Below, piece after piece: positions 18,693 through 27,977 of a stretch of DNA of 32,000 bases. Source of the stretch: Candidatus Midichloria mitochondrii IricVA. Its GTDB lineage: Bacteria; Pseudomonadota; Alphaproteobacteria; Rickettsiales; Midichloriaceae. The translations under genes were made by a program, and so were the position numbers. The stretch lies in the NCBI RefSeq assembly GCF_000219355.1, contig NC_015722.1, positions 480,001-512,000 of the forward strand. Reading direction: 5' to 3'. The notes beneath the pieces were generated by a model that searched no databases, had not been told where the DNA came from, and saw only the letters and a program-made list of their open reading frames with translations. The stretch's first letter is position 1. Each line of letters starts with the position of its first letter.

Positions 18693-19626
18693 AGCTGCAA
18701 TAGTGCCGGTCCAATCTTTTGATTTAACGATTGAAGAAAGTCAATTGTTTAAAAAATATAAGCCCCTTGGATATATATTGTTTTCTAGGAATTATCAAAG
18801 TCCCGCCCAACTAAGACGGCTTACAGACTCTTTAAAAGAAGCATCAGGGCGTGATGGTATCCTTATTTTAATTGATCAAGAAGGAGAAAGGGTATCCAGG
18901 TTAAAGGAGCCTCATTTTAAAGTGCTGCCAAATGCTATAAAATATAATCGAGATGCTAAAATCAATCTTAATGCAACTCAAGAACGATTAAGGTCTGATT
19001 TTGCTTTGGTCGGAAAACAACTACGAGAGGCAGGTGTTAATGTGAATTGCGCACCAGTAGCGGATATTCGGTATGACTGGGCAGATCCAATAATAGGAGT
19101 AAGAAGTTACGGTAACGATATTAATACAGTTGTTGCACTGTGTGAAGCAGCAGATAAGGGCTTAGCTGAATCAAAAGTGCAATCTATAATTAAACATATC
19201 CCAGGGCATGGTCGCGCTTTAGTAGATAGCCATCTGGAGCTTCCAGTTGTATCTACGGATCTAAAAACTTTATTAGAAACTGATTTTAAGGTGTTTCAGC
19301 GGTCGGGTGCAATGAAATTAGCTATGACAGCGCATGTAGTTTTTGCGGCAATTGATGATGAAGTACCAGTTACACTCTCTAAAAAGGCCATAGACTTCAT
19401 TAAAAGAGATATTGCATTTAACGGATTAACTATCACAGATGCATTAGATATGCAAGCATTGAGAGGCGACATAGGAGAAGTTACGCAAAAGGCTTCAGCC
19501 GCTGGTTGTGATATCTTGCTTTATTGTAGAGCAGATCTGAAAGGAGTTGAGGTAGTGTTGCAGAACAGCCACAAATTAAAATATCATATTATAGAGCGGG
19601 TTAAATCCTTTAATTGTTTTTGCTGA
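18667..19626 (+). CDS. nagZ: Beta-N-acetylhexosaminidase NagZ (glycoside hydrolase family 3).
   Basis: Blocks GYILFSRNY, LILIDQEGERVSRL, KHIPGHGRALVDSHLELP and ITDALDM. Confidence 0.88.
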   Translation: MSLDYQEIRAAIVPVQSFDLTIEESQLFKKYKPLGYILFSRNYQSPAQLRRLTDSLKEASGRDGILILIDQEGERVSRLKEPHFKVLPNAIKYNRDAKINLNATQERLRSDFALVGKQLREAGVNVNCAPVADIRYDWADPIIGVRSYGNDINTVVALCEAADKGLAESKVQSIIKHIPGHGRALVDSHLELPVVSTDLKTLLETDFKVFQRSGAMKLAMTAHVVFAAIDDEVPVTLSKKAIDFIKRDIAFNGLTITDALDMQALRGDIGEVTQKASAAGCDILLYCRADLKGVEVVLQNSHKLKYHIIERVKSFNCFC

Positions 19627-19756
19627 AAAATATTTTCAATATAATAAAATTATGTTGATTAAATGGACTTATTTATGATACGTTGTGCGTCATGTCTCGT
19701 TAGTTTAATGGACCGATAAATGAAAATTTTAATATTTGTATAAACAGCAGAAATAT

Positions 19757-20101
19757 ATGAAACAAACCAAACAAATGCCTTTTTTACAGCAAAATACTAT
19801 TACTAGAGAGCATCTAGCACGTTCTATAAGGCGTTATACGAGCCTCAATATCAATAAAGCATCAGAAGTGGTGGATGATATTATAGATTCATTATTAAAC
19901 GCCATATTAAGCAATAAGCAGGTGAAGATTAGACTATTTGGGTTATTTACAATTAAGAAGAAAAAATCAAGAACTGGTCGTAATCCTAAGACTATGGTGG
20001 AGGCTGAGATATCAGCTCGCGATATTGTTAAATTCAAAGTTGCTCCGACCCTTAAAAAAAGAATTAATGATAATATTGACAATATAGGATGTACTAAATA
20101 A
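19757..20101 (+). CDS. ihfA: Integration host factor / HU-family DNA-binding protein (IHF alpha-like). The listed ORF begins at a TTG at 19736, and the ATG at 19757 or 19775 is more likely.
   Basis: ITREHLARSI...ASEVVDDIIDSLLNAI..VKIRLFGLFTIKKKKSRTGRNPKTMVEAEISARDIVKFKVAPTLKKRI matches the IHF/HU fold. Confidence 0.75.
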   Translation: MKQTKQMPFLQQNTITREHLARSIRRYTSLNINKASEVVDDIIDSLLNAILSNKQVKIRLFGLFTIKKKKSRTGRNPKTMVEAEISARDIVKFKVAPTLKKRINDNIDNIGCTK

Positions 20102-20137
20102 TAAGCAGTACAGGGGCTTATTTGATAATGATTTTGT

Positions 20138-20914
20138 ATGTTAATTGATAGTCATTGCCACCTCGATTTTGAAGAGCTAAATAAAGATTTAGAGCTGGTT
20201 GTGCAAAGAGCTTTAAAGTTAGATGTTGCTGTACTGCAAACAATTTGTACTCAGATTAGCAAATTTAAGTTGATTTACGAAGTAGCAGAAAAATATAGTA
20301 ATATTTATTGTTCTGTGGGCAACCATCCTCTTTATTTAAAGGAGGAAGGTGTTACAGATTGTGCCTCTATACTTGAGTTTTGTCGGCTGTCCAAGGTAAT
20401 TGGTATAGGCGAAACTGGTCTGGATTATTATCATACAGATTTCGATAAGCTATCGCAGAAAAAGAGCTTTATAGAACATATTAAAGCCTCTCAGGCATGT
20501 GGATTACCTATTATAATTCATACTCGATCCGCTGATGATGACACACTTGGAATTCTAAGGGAGCAAATGCAGGAAAAATCATTTACTGGTGTGATCCATT
20601 GTTTTACTGCGAGCAGAGGGCTTGCTAATGCTTGTATTGATATGGGGTTATATATTTCTGCTTCTGGAATATTAACGTTTAGAAACGCAACTGATATTCA
20701 GCAAACTTTTAAAGAGCTGCCTGAAGATAGAATTATTATCGAGACGGATGCACCATTTCTTGCTCCATCACCCTTTAGAGGAAAAGTTAATGAGCCTAGT
20801 TATTTAACTCATACTGCATTGTTTCTTGCGAACTTAAGGAGCAAATCTTTTCAGGAGATAGCAAAAATTACTACTGATAACTTTTTTAGGCTCTTTACAA
20901 AAGTGGGTAGATAA
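20138..20914 (+). CDS. tatD: TatD-family metal-dependent hydrolase (YcfH-type DNase).
   Basis: MLIDSHCHLDF, GIGETGLDYYH, PIIIHTRSA, GVIHCF and IIETDAPFLAP. Confidence 0.92.
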   Translation: MLIDSHCHLDFEELNKDLELVVQRALKLDVAVLQTICTQISKFKLIYEVAEKYSNIYCSVGNHPLYLKEEGVTDCASILEFCRLSKVIGIGETGLDYYHTDFDKLSQKKSFIEHIKASQACGLPIIIHTRSADDDTLGILREQMQEKSFTGVIHCFTASRGLANACIDMGLYISASGILTFRNATDIQQTFKELPEDRIIIETDAPFLAPSPFRGKVNEPSYLTHTALFLANLRSKSFQEIAKITTDNFFRLFTKVGR

Positions 20915-21482
20915 TTTGGGGGGAAATGGGTATTGCCAAGGGCTCATTTTTTCTAGGGAATCATAAGCCTACTCAACTTAAAGGTTAATAAAGTGCTGAC
21001 CTTGTCCCTGCTGACTCATTATTATTGTCTTATAAATATCATATTTTGTGATAAAACAAGATTATCTTTAACCTTTTTATTAGTTTTTTTGTCTATAAGG
21101 AGCGCTGTCGCTGCGGTTAATCATGATTGCTTGGTAATTTAATCCTGTTAGAAACTATTTAATACTACATTTAGGATATAGTCTTTTTTACGAAGAATTT
21201 GCACTATACTATGTTGAGCGCGAGTCTGGACCGCCTCCTGAAATTACTATAACTATAGAAAAAAAGGGGGGCTTGTGGGAGCTACTGGGATATTATTTTT
21301 CTGACCACTTGAGGGGGGGGGGAGGTGAACTTTAACTACTCATTGAACAACAAGTTTTATGGTAATAACCAAGGGCATTCCTTAACTTCATTGACCATGT
21401 TTAAAGTTAAAGCATATCAATTTAGTATTGCAACTAGTTTACTTTGCGACTTAAAAAAAGATTCCGAGATAAGCCCATTTGT

Positions 21483-22298
21483 AGGCAATGCCTGGTAAAT
21501 TATAGACGGCAATAAGATGATATGATATCTTCGTAGTAGAATGGGTTGAGTAGAAATGACAATTAAGTGTAAATATTGCGGCTCTAGCGAGCAGGTGAAG
21601 AATGGTGTGGTACATTGTGGACAGCAAGAGGTAATATAGGTGCAAGAATTGCAAAAAGAATTACCCGAGAAGGTGATAAGCGGCAGAATACACTATGAAT
21701 GATAGACTTAAAACCTAACCTTGAGGACTGTGGAATTAGGACGATAGAGAGACTGACTGGAATCCATAACAGCCAAATATCTTCATGGATCGAAGGGACG
21801 GGGGGGGCGCTATGTGCAAGAAAAGTTAGATAAGAGCTGCAACAGCACAAAGTCACTTAAGGATATCGAGGTCCTAGAGATTGAGGAGCTGTGCACATAT
21901 ATAAAAAAAGACCAAAGAATGGAAGTGGGAGTACACCTTTATATTGATTGCTGTTGATAGAGGAGCGGGTGAAATTATTGATTTTGAAGGTAGGTGACGG
22001 AAGCAAGGCAACCTACCTGAACCTGTCATTTAGGCTTTGAGGAACGTTATAAAATTGAGCATGTACAGATGATTACAGCGTTTATGAATACTACTCCACG
22101 CACCATCACGAAACAAAGGCTGGGACATCATTGTGGTAGAATCAAAGAATTCTTTAATTAAGGCATTATCTAGCTAGTTTTAATCGAAGAACGAAGCGCT
22201 ATAGCAAATTCCTGAGGATGCTTTGCGCTACTCTTACCCTCTTCTTCCATAGGCATCTGCTGGATTTGAAACTCCTATCTATAAATATTAGGCAATGT
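21483..22298 (+). mobile_element. Degenerate IS1-family insertion sequence. The InsA/InsB-like reading frames carry multiple frameshifts and stops. It is flanked by an 8-bp direct repeat, CCATTTGT.
   Basis: InsA-like zinc-finger start MTIKCKYCGSSEQVKNGVVHCGQQ at 21556. InsB-like pieces include LEIEELCTYIKK, AVDRGAGEIIDFE and E(S)KNSLIKALS. Imperfect terminal repeats start GGCAATGCC on the left, against the reverse complement GGACATTGCC on the right. CCATTTGT occurs at 21475..21482 and 22299..22306. Confidence 0.75.
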
Positions 22299-22572
22299 CC
22301 ATTTGTCAGGGGGCGGGGTTGGATACAATCATACTATAATCATATTACAACTTACGCTGCAAGCCCTAAATCCTTTTTAAAAGCGGTATTGCTTATAACA
22401 TTAATCCATTAGTGCAGCTGCGGCTGGCTTATGATATTAATTATAGTACTAAAAAGCCAGATTTAATTAATTTTAATGAAGACTTACTAAATGCTGTGTC
22501 TAATCCTAAAACTCTGATGGTTAAGCTACCCAAAATTTTTCATACTATAAACGTAGGGCTTAAACTTAATTC

Positions 22573-23623
22573 TTAAGTGGGTTTGCTAAAATAACAAGCA
22601 TCGCCATATGAGAAGAATCTATATTTTTGTTCTATTGCGTATTGATACACTTTATCGACATTTGTATTCCCAATAAAAGCGGAAACTAACACCAACAAAG
22701 TAGATTTAGGTAAGTGGAAATTAGTTATAAGAGCGTCGGCGATCTGGAATTTATGTCCAGGCTTTATAAATATATCTGTTTCTCCTATTTGAGGAGTAAC
22801 CATATTATTAACCGCAACACTTTCTAGCACTCGCATAGTCGTGGTTCCAACGCAAATAACTTTATTACCATTTTGCTTTGCGTAGTTTACTGCTTCACAT
22901 ACTGACTGATTTAAGATAAAATTTTCAGTATGCATTTTGTGCTCCTCAATATTTTGAGTTTTTATAGGAGCGAATGTACCTAGGCCAACATGCAGAGTCA
23001 AAAATTGAATATTTACTCCCTTTTGAGCAATTTTTTCTAGTAAATTTTGAGTGAAATGTAAGCCAGCTGTAGGTGCTGCAAAGGTGCCATAGCGCTTTGA
23101 ATAGACAGTTTGATAACTATCAAAATCATTTGAGTGAGCATTTTCTCTCTTGATATAAGGAGGTAGAGGCATGGCTCCTAATTTTAGTATTTTTGAAAAG
23201 ATATCCTCGGTAGGCCCTAAAAATTCAATAACTATTCGGTTGGTTTTTGCATCTTTCTCTATAACCTTGGCTACAAGACTACCCCCTCATCAAAGAATAT
23301 TATACTCCTGAGTTCTAGTTTATTTGCTGGCTTGGGGCCATAACTTGCCAGCTACTATCATTAATTTGATGCACTATATTTAGTGAAGCGTTGGTTTTCT
23401 TTGCGTTTATACTATGTATTTTCAGCAGGGAAGGAATAACTTTTGTATCATTGAAAACCAGTACATCGCTAGGATTTAAAATGTTAACTATATAATCGAA
23501 AACCTGATCGTGAATTTTGTGGTGTGGGTCGAAATACAAAAGTTTAGAGCTTCCTCGTGGATTCGCAGGGAATTGAGCTATAAGTTCTTTAGGTAAAACG
23601 AAATCAAATTCATCAATATTCAT
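22573..23623 (-). pseudogene. queA: S-adenosylmethionine:tRNA ribosyltransferase-isomerase QueA, interrupted by two frameshifts.
   Basis: The N-terminal ORF 23315..23623 (MNIDEFDFVLPKELIAQFP...VFNDTKVIP) ends at a TAG. The middle part (GPKPANKLELRSIIFFDEG) is in a second frame. The C-terminal frame (from about 23279 down to 22573) carries PLPPYI, TAGLHF, VGTTT, TNFHLPKSTLL and RFFSYGDA. The second shift is at a G5 run (C5 on + at 23282..23286). Confidence 0.88.
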
Positions 23624-24108
23624 GCTAAGTTTTTTATTGTAGATTCAAATTCTTCAACTAAATCTAAATAAAGCTGTTTCTTAAAGTACACTACAATATC
23701 TGGTAAACCAGCAAATTCAGTCCATTTCCATGCGATAAACTCAGGCTGTTCCGTCTTTATATTAATTTCAGCATCTGCACCTAAATATTTAAACAAAAAC
23801 CATTTTTGTTTTTGCCCAACATATTGATTATCCCATAAAATCGGTTGTAGTTCCATTGGTAAACCGTAATAATACCACCTGGCTGACGCTTGTATTAATT
23901 CTACGTTGTTAGTGCCAACTTCTTCCGCAAGTTCTCTAAGAGCTGCCTCGAGAGGAGCTTCTTCGCCATCTATGCCGCCTTGCGGCATTTGCCAAGTTTC
24001 AACCACCGAGTCAGCTCTCTGTCCAATGAAGACTTGCTTTTTTTGATTTAAGAGGATTATTCCAACTCCTGGCCTATATTTCTTTCTAGAAAGGAATTTC
24101 GTCATCAT
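23620..24108 (-). CDS. rppH: RNA pyrophosphohydrolase RppH (Nudix hydrolase). The start is taken at MMTKFLSRKKYRPGVG, not at the long ORF start at 24342.
   Basis: Nudix box GGIDGEEAPLEAALRELAEEVG. The upstream 78 codons of the listed ORF run through ssb in another frame and look non-coding. The stop overlaps the queA start (ATGA). Confidence 0.85.
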   Translation of the reverse strand: MMTKFLSRKKYRPGVGIILLNQKKQVFIGQRADSVVETWQMPQGGIDGEEAPLEAALRELAEEVGTNNVELIQASARWYYYGLPMELQPILWDNQYVGQKQKWFLFKYLGADAEINIKTEQPEFIAWKWTEFAGLPDIVVYFKKQLYLDLVEEFESTIKNLA

Positions 24109-24565
24109 CGATTTCTTCAACTTGATAAGGCTTACTTCTCTCTTCTTGGGTAGAAGAAGAGGCTGAACTCCTTGCCTCGTCGAAGCTGCTTTCATCGTTC
24201 GAACGCGCATCAAGCAACAATAAAGCACCGCTGTAAGGCTGTAGAATAACTTCTGTGGTATACTTCTCAACCCCATTTGGATCGGTCCACTTTCTAGTTT
24301 GCAATGATCCTTCCAGGTAAATTTTAGAACCCTTATGTACATAATTTCTCACTACTCCAACTAGATGCGGTTGAAAAATTACCACCTTATGCCATTCAAC
24401 TTTCTCCTTCTTCTCACCGCTACCTTTATCGCGCCAAGCGTCTGAGGTTGCTAATGAAAAAGATGCGATTTCTCTGCCATCCTGTGTAGTGCGGATTTCT
24501 GGATCTCTCCCTACATTTCCGATCAATATCACCTTATTTAAACTGCCCGCCATATTTACAATCAC
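24086..24565 (-). CDS. ssb: Single-stranded DNA-binding protein
   Basis: OB-fold N-terminus NKVILIGNVGRDPEIRTTQDGREIASFSLATS and an acidic C-terminal tail ending DDDEIPF. Confidence 0.95.
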   Translation of the reverse strand: MIVNMAGSLNKVILIGNVGRDPEIRTTQDGREIASFSLATSDAWRDKGSGEKKEKVEWHKVVIFQPHLVGVVRNYVHKGSKIYLEGSLQTRKWTDPNGVEKYTTEVILQPYSGALLLLDARSNDESSFDEARSSASSSTQEERSKPYQVEEIDDDEIPF

Positions 24566-24741
24566 GAAACCTATTTTAGTACTCTATTAGACCTTTATAT
24601 AAGTTAAAGTCAATGAGGAAACACAACTTTTTTACACATTCTATACAATTTTTGTATAATTTACAAAAATCATCTTGATTAAAAAGCTTCTTGGATGTAT
24701 CCTTCGCCTTCGAATTCGTTTACTTTGAATTATTTTGGCTT

Positions 24742-25068
24742 ATGGCAACTAAAAAAGCAACAGCTGTTAAAGAATCTCCTAAAGAACAAACTATTGTGGC
24801 TAATGCTGAAAACATGAATGCTGCTGCGGCGAAGAAGATTAAAAGAGGAACAATGCATCATAATTACCGTGAGGTAGAAGTTACTCAAACTGATGGTGCA
24901 ACTTTCATGGTTCGCTCTACTTATAAAAATACTTCTTTAAGACTGGATATTGATCCGAAAACTCACCCTGCCTGGACTAAAGAGGCTGGGTACGTCAATA
25001 CTAAAAATAGCGAAGTTGCTAAATTTAATAGTAAATTTGCTGGTTTGAGCTTCGGGATAAGGAAATAA
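24742..25068 (+). CDS. rpmE: 50S ribosomal protein L31. The start is ambiguous: ATG at 24742, 24814 or 24853.
   Basis: HHNYREVEVTQTDGATFMVRSTYKNTSLRLDIDPKTHPAWT...VAKFNSKFAGLSFG matches alphaproteobacterial L31. AGAGGA lies 5 nt before the ATG at 24853, but homology (KRGTMHHNY against MKxGIHPxY) begins slightly upstream of it. Confidence 0.85.
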   Translation: MATKKATAVKESPKEQTIVANAENMNAAAAKKIKRGTMHHNYREVEVTQTDGATFMVRSTYKNTSLRLDIDPKTHPAWTKEAGYVNTKNSEVAKFNSKFAGLSFGIRK

Positions 25069-25097
25069 ATTATTAACATGCCGCTGTTTCTTTTTTT

Positions 25098-26364
25098 CTG
25101 CTTTTAAAGTTTATAGCTTCTGCTATTGAGTGCCAGATTTTAAATCAATCTGCACAGGAATCTTTGGCGTACACTGGGCTTGCACCCGAAGTTTCCCTAG
25201 TTGTTGAAAATAAGCCCAGATACATTGTTAGCTTCCAAGTATCTAAATCAAGAGAAAAAAGATATTGGGACTATGAAGTTTGACTGATGTAATTAGAGTA
25301 CAGATTCGAGCTCAAACTTCTCGGGCGGTCTTTAAAAAGAACGAGCATCGGCAATGCAAGATTAACTGCAGCAATGATGCAATTAAAATCTCTTAAAATC
25401 TCTTCTGTAAATCAGCCTACAGTAATCAAAATGTCAATAGCATTGCTTTAGGAATAGATAAAGAAAGCTTATATAAGGCGTTAGCATTTTCTTTTATTGT
25501 TGGTGACCATGACCTTAAGCACCGGAAATTTTATGTTAATTGCTGAGGAATCCCAACAGCCTAGCAAAGATAGGACGTATAGACTTCGGGCGCGCCTTCT
25601 TTTAATGATTTAATAAAGAATGGTATAGTGATCATAGTCCAAGTTTACAGAGCAAGGGTGCTATATTGGATGCTCTTAATAGAGATAAAGTAAATGGTGA
25701 TCAAATAAATTTCGTCGTTACTTTCAAGGAGTCATCCCAGATGAAAGCTTCGCTGAAGCTTTAGAAAGAATTGATATTTCTCAGGATAAACTAGTAAACA
25801 CTTTGCAATCTTTAAAAACAGATTTTAAAGAGCCTGTTAAAGAACCAAAAAGAGCAGCAGAGTTAGATAAATCCTTAAAAAACTTTATGTGCGAGAATTG
25901 GGGCTCCTAAAAAGCAGCTTAAAGAATTTAAAAGGTGAAGATCTGTTGGATAGAGTGTTAGAAAGAGCTAAATTGTTTATAGAAAACAATATTGAAGAAG
26001 CGAAGATAATAAGGGTAGAATGTCTGGTTGACATAGCACTGGATAATATTTCAATGGCAGAAGAAGTAACAAAAAAGATCAATGCGCTCTATAGTGAGAA
26101 CAGAAGCATCTTGGTAATGATAAAAATAACCAAGTAAAAGTGGGTAAGGACTGATCTTGATTCTAGAGTATTCAAAGGTAATTTAAATGAGTATATCGAA
26201 AGGAAGAGCTGCACAACTTGGAAAAGAGGCGCACCGTGTTGCAAGCACAAGCTTTTAGTGATATTGTTAGAAGCATGAGAGCGGAATCAAATAATCCTCA
26301 GTCTGAATATAATAAAAATTCCACACTAAAAAAGAAGGGCAAACTAGATATTGGAGATTGTTAA
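25098..26364 (+). pseudogene. Fragmented gene for a protein-kinase-fold protein (catalytic-loop-like and DFG-like motifs) with a helical C-terminal region. It is split over all three + frames.
   Basis: One frame gives FIASAIECQILNQSAQESLAYTGLAPEVSLVVENKPRYIVSFQVSKS (25110 onward). A second gives GIDKESLYKALAFSFIVGDHDLKHRKF (25451..25543). A third gives KIGRIDFGRAFF (25567..25602). These are followed by ...YFQGVIPDESFAEALERIDISQDKLVNTLQ..., ORF 25889..26137 and a tail that stops at 26362..26364. Motif-level evidence only. Confidence 0.45.
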
Positions 26365-26424
26365 TTTGAAGATTGTAATGTATAATTTTTCGTTGATTAA
26401 GGCGTACCTGCTGTTTTATGGAGT

Positions 26425-27652
26425 GTGTTAGAGCGCTTTTTTGCGATATTTTGCTTTTACCTTATAGCCTGGGTTTTGAGCGAAGATAAAAAGTCTTTTT
26501 CATGGAAGGTTTTGATTTCTGGAGTATTTTTCCAATTTATAATTGTTGCGTTTTTAATCGAAATGCCAGCGGCATCCTCTCCTTTGCTAGTAATTTCAAT
26601 GGGTTGCAGGCAGTCTCTAATTCTACCCTTAAGGCCTTAGAATTTTGTTCTGGCAATCTAGGAAACCCTAGGGGCCCTTTGGGGTTTATTTTAGCTCTAC
26701 ATTGGTTTTTCTCTATAAAATTATAGTAATTTCTGCTATCAGTGCTTTACTGACGCACTAGCGTATATTACCTTTAATAATTAGAATGTTTTTATTTTTT
26801 TTCAGAAAAACTTTATTTATCGGTGGGACTTTAGGAGTTGGCGTGTCTACAAATATGTTTACTGGGATGGAGTGAGCCCCCCCTCTAGTAATTAAACCTT
26901 ATCTATCTAAATTTGACGCGCAGCGAGCTGTTTTCTTTAATTACTTGCGGCACCACTGGCATAGCTGTGGCTTTGTTATATTGCTATATAGTAATATTGT
27001 TAACGGTGTGGTGCCAAATAGCGTGCAACATATTCTATCTTCGATTTTAATTGGTCTCCTAGCTGCCTTAACTTTTTCTAGAATTATAGCGCCAGAAACT
27101 GAAGTAGTGCTTACCGAAGGAGATTATATGTTTTTAAAGAAAACGAATAATGCTTTAGATATAGTATTCAATGGGATTATGGATGGTGCAAAAGTGATGG
27201 TTACAATTATTGCTATGTTCATAGGTTTTATATCATTGATTAATATCTTTAATAAAATACTAGCTAACATAGTAATTAATGATGTTCAGCTATCAATACA
27301 ATACCTATTAGGAATTGTATCTGCTCCAATTGCTCGGCTGATGGGTATTCCTTGGGGAGGAAGCGAATATTACAGGCCGGGGCTACTGGGTACAAAGTTA
27401 ATCACCAATGAATTAGTTGCTTATCAAGAATTTGCAGAGGTTGGTCCAATTTATCTCCCTCTACTATAAATAATAGTGCTGTAAGCTCTTCGTGGATTTG
27501 CAAATATTGGTAGTATTGGAATTATTTTAGGTGTATATAATTCCTTAGTCCCAGCAAGACGGTCAGAAATAACTAATCTTGCATTTAGAGTCGTTATTGC
27601 TGGAGCTCTCGCAAACTATGCTACAGCGACTATTGTTGGATTGCTTTATTAA
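26425..27652 (+). pseudogene. nupC: NupC/CNT-family concentrative nucleoside transporter, heavily degraded by several frameshifts and an in-frame TGA.
   Basis: Fragments across frames: FAIFCFYLIAWVLSEDKKSFSWKVLISGVFFQF, FTGME*APPLVIKPYLSKF, LTRSELFSLITCGTTGIAVALL, SRIIAPETE, LLGIVSAPIARLMGIPW, TNELVAYQEF and GFANIGSIGIILGVYNSLVPARRSEI...IVGLLY*. Confidence 0.8.
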
Positions 27653-27662
27653 TCAATTTTTA

Positions 27663-27911
27663 ATGAAAAAACGTATAGAAAACAAATTAGGCGACTTCTT
27701 TGGACAAGAAAATGTAGGAGTACAAGATGTGTCTTATCGACATAGAGGCCATATTGAAGAAAATCCTTATGAGACTCATTTCGACATCAAAGTAAAATCA
27801 GAGAAATTTAAGTCTATGACCCAAGTTGCTCGTCACAAGTTGGTCTATGAGTTATTAGAAGACGAAATAAAGCTTATACATGCGATCAGTATCGGTACCA
27901 TAATACTTTAG
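27663..27911 (+). CDS. bolA: BolA-family protein. The start is taken at MKKRIENKL inside the listed ORF.
   Basis: MKKRIENKL...VQDVSYRHRGH...THFDIKVKSEKFKSMTQVARHKLVYELLEDEIKLIHAISI follows the BolA pattern. The upstream part of the listed ORF overlaps the nupC 3' end in another frame. Confidence 0.85.
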   Translation: MKKRIENKLGDFFGQENVGVQDVSYRHRGHIEENPYETHFDIKVKSEKFKSMTQVARHKLVYELLEDEIKLIHAISIGTIIL

Positions 27912-27977
27912 GGTAATTCACTTATAGTTGTATGATTTTTATATTAATGTTATATAATATATTGTTGATACAAAAAA

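Noticed and set aside
21451-21856. Minus-strand ORFs 21451..21654 and 21584..21856, and plus-strand ORF 22218..22412.
   Set aside because: They fall inside, or run across the end of, the degraded IS1-family element. The first two are antisense to its InsA/InsB-like frames, and the third is the frameshifted InsB C-terminus reading on into flanking DNA.
24109-24342. The long 240-aa version of the rppH ORF, starting at 24342.
   Set aside because: The extra 78 codons overlap ssb out of frame and have no Nudix homology. The conserved protein begins at MMTKFLSRKKYRPG.
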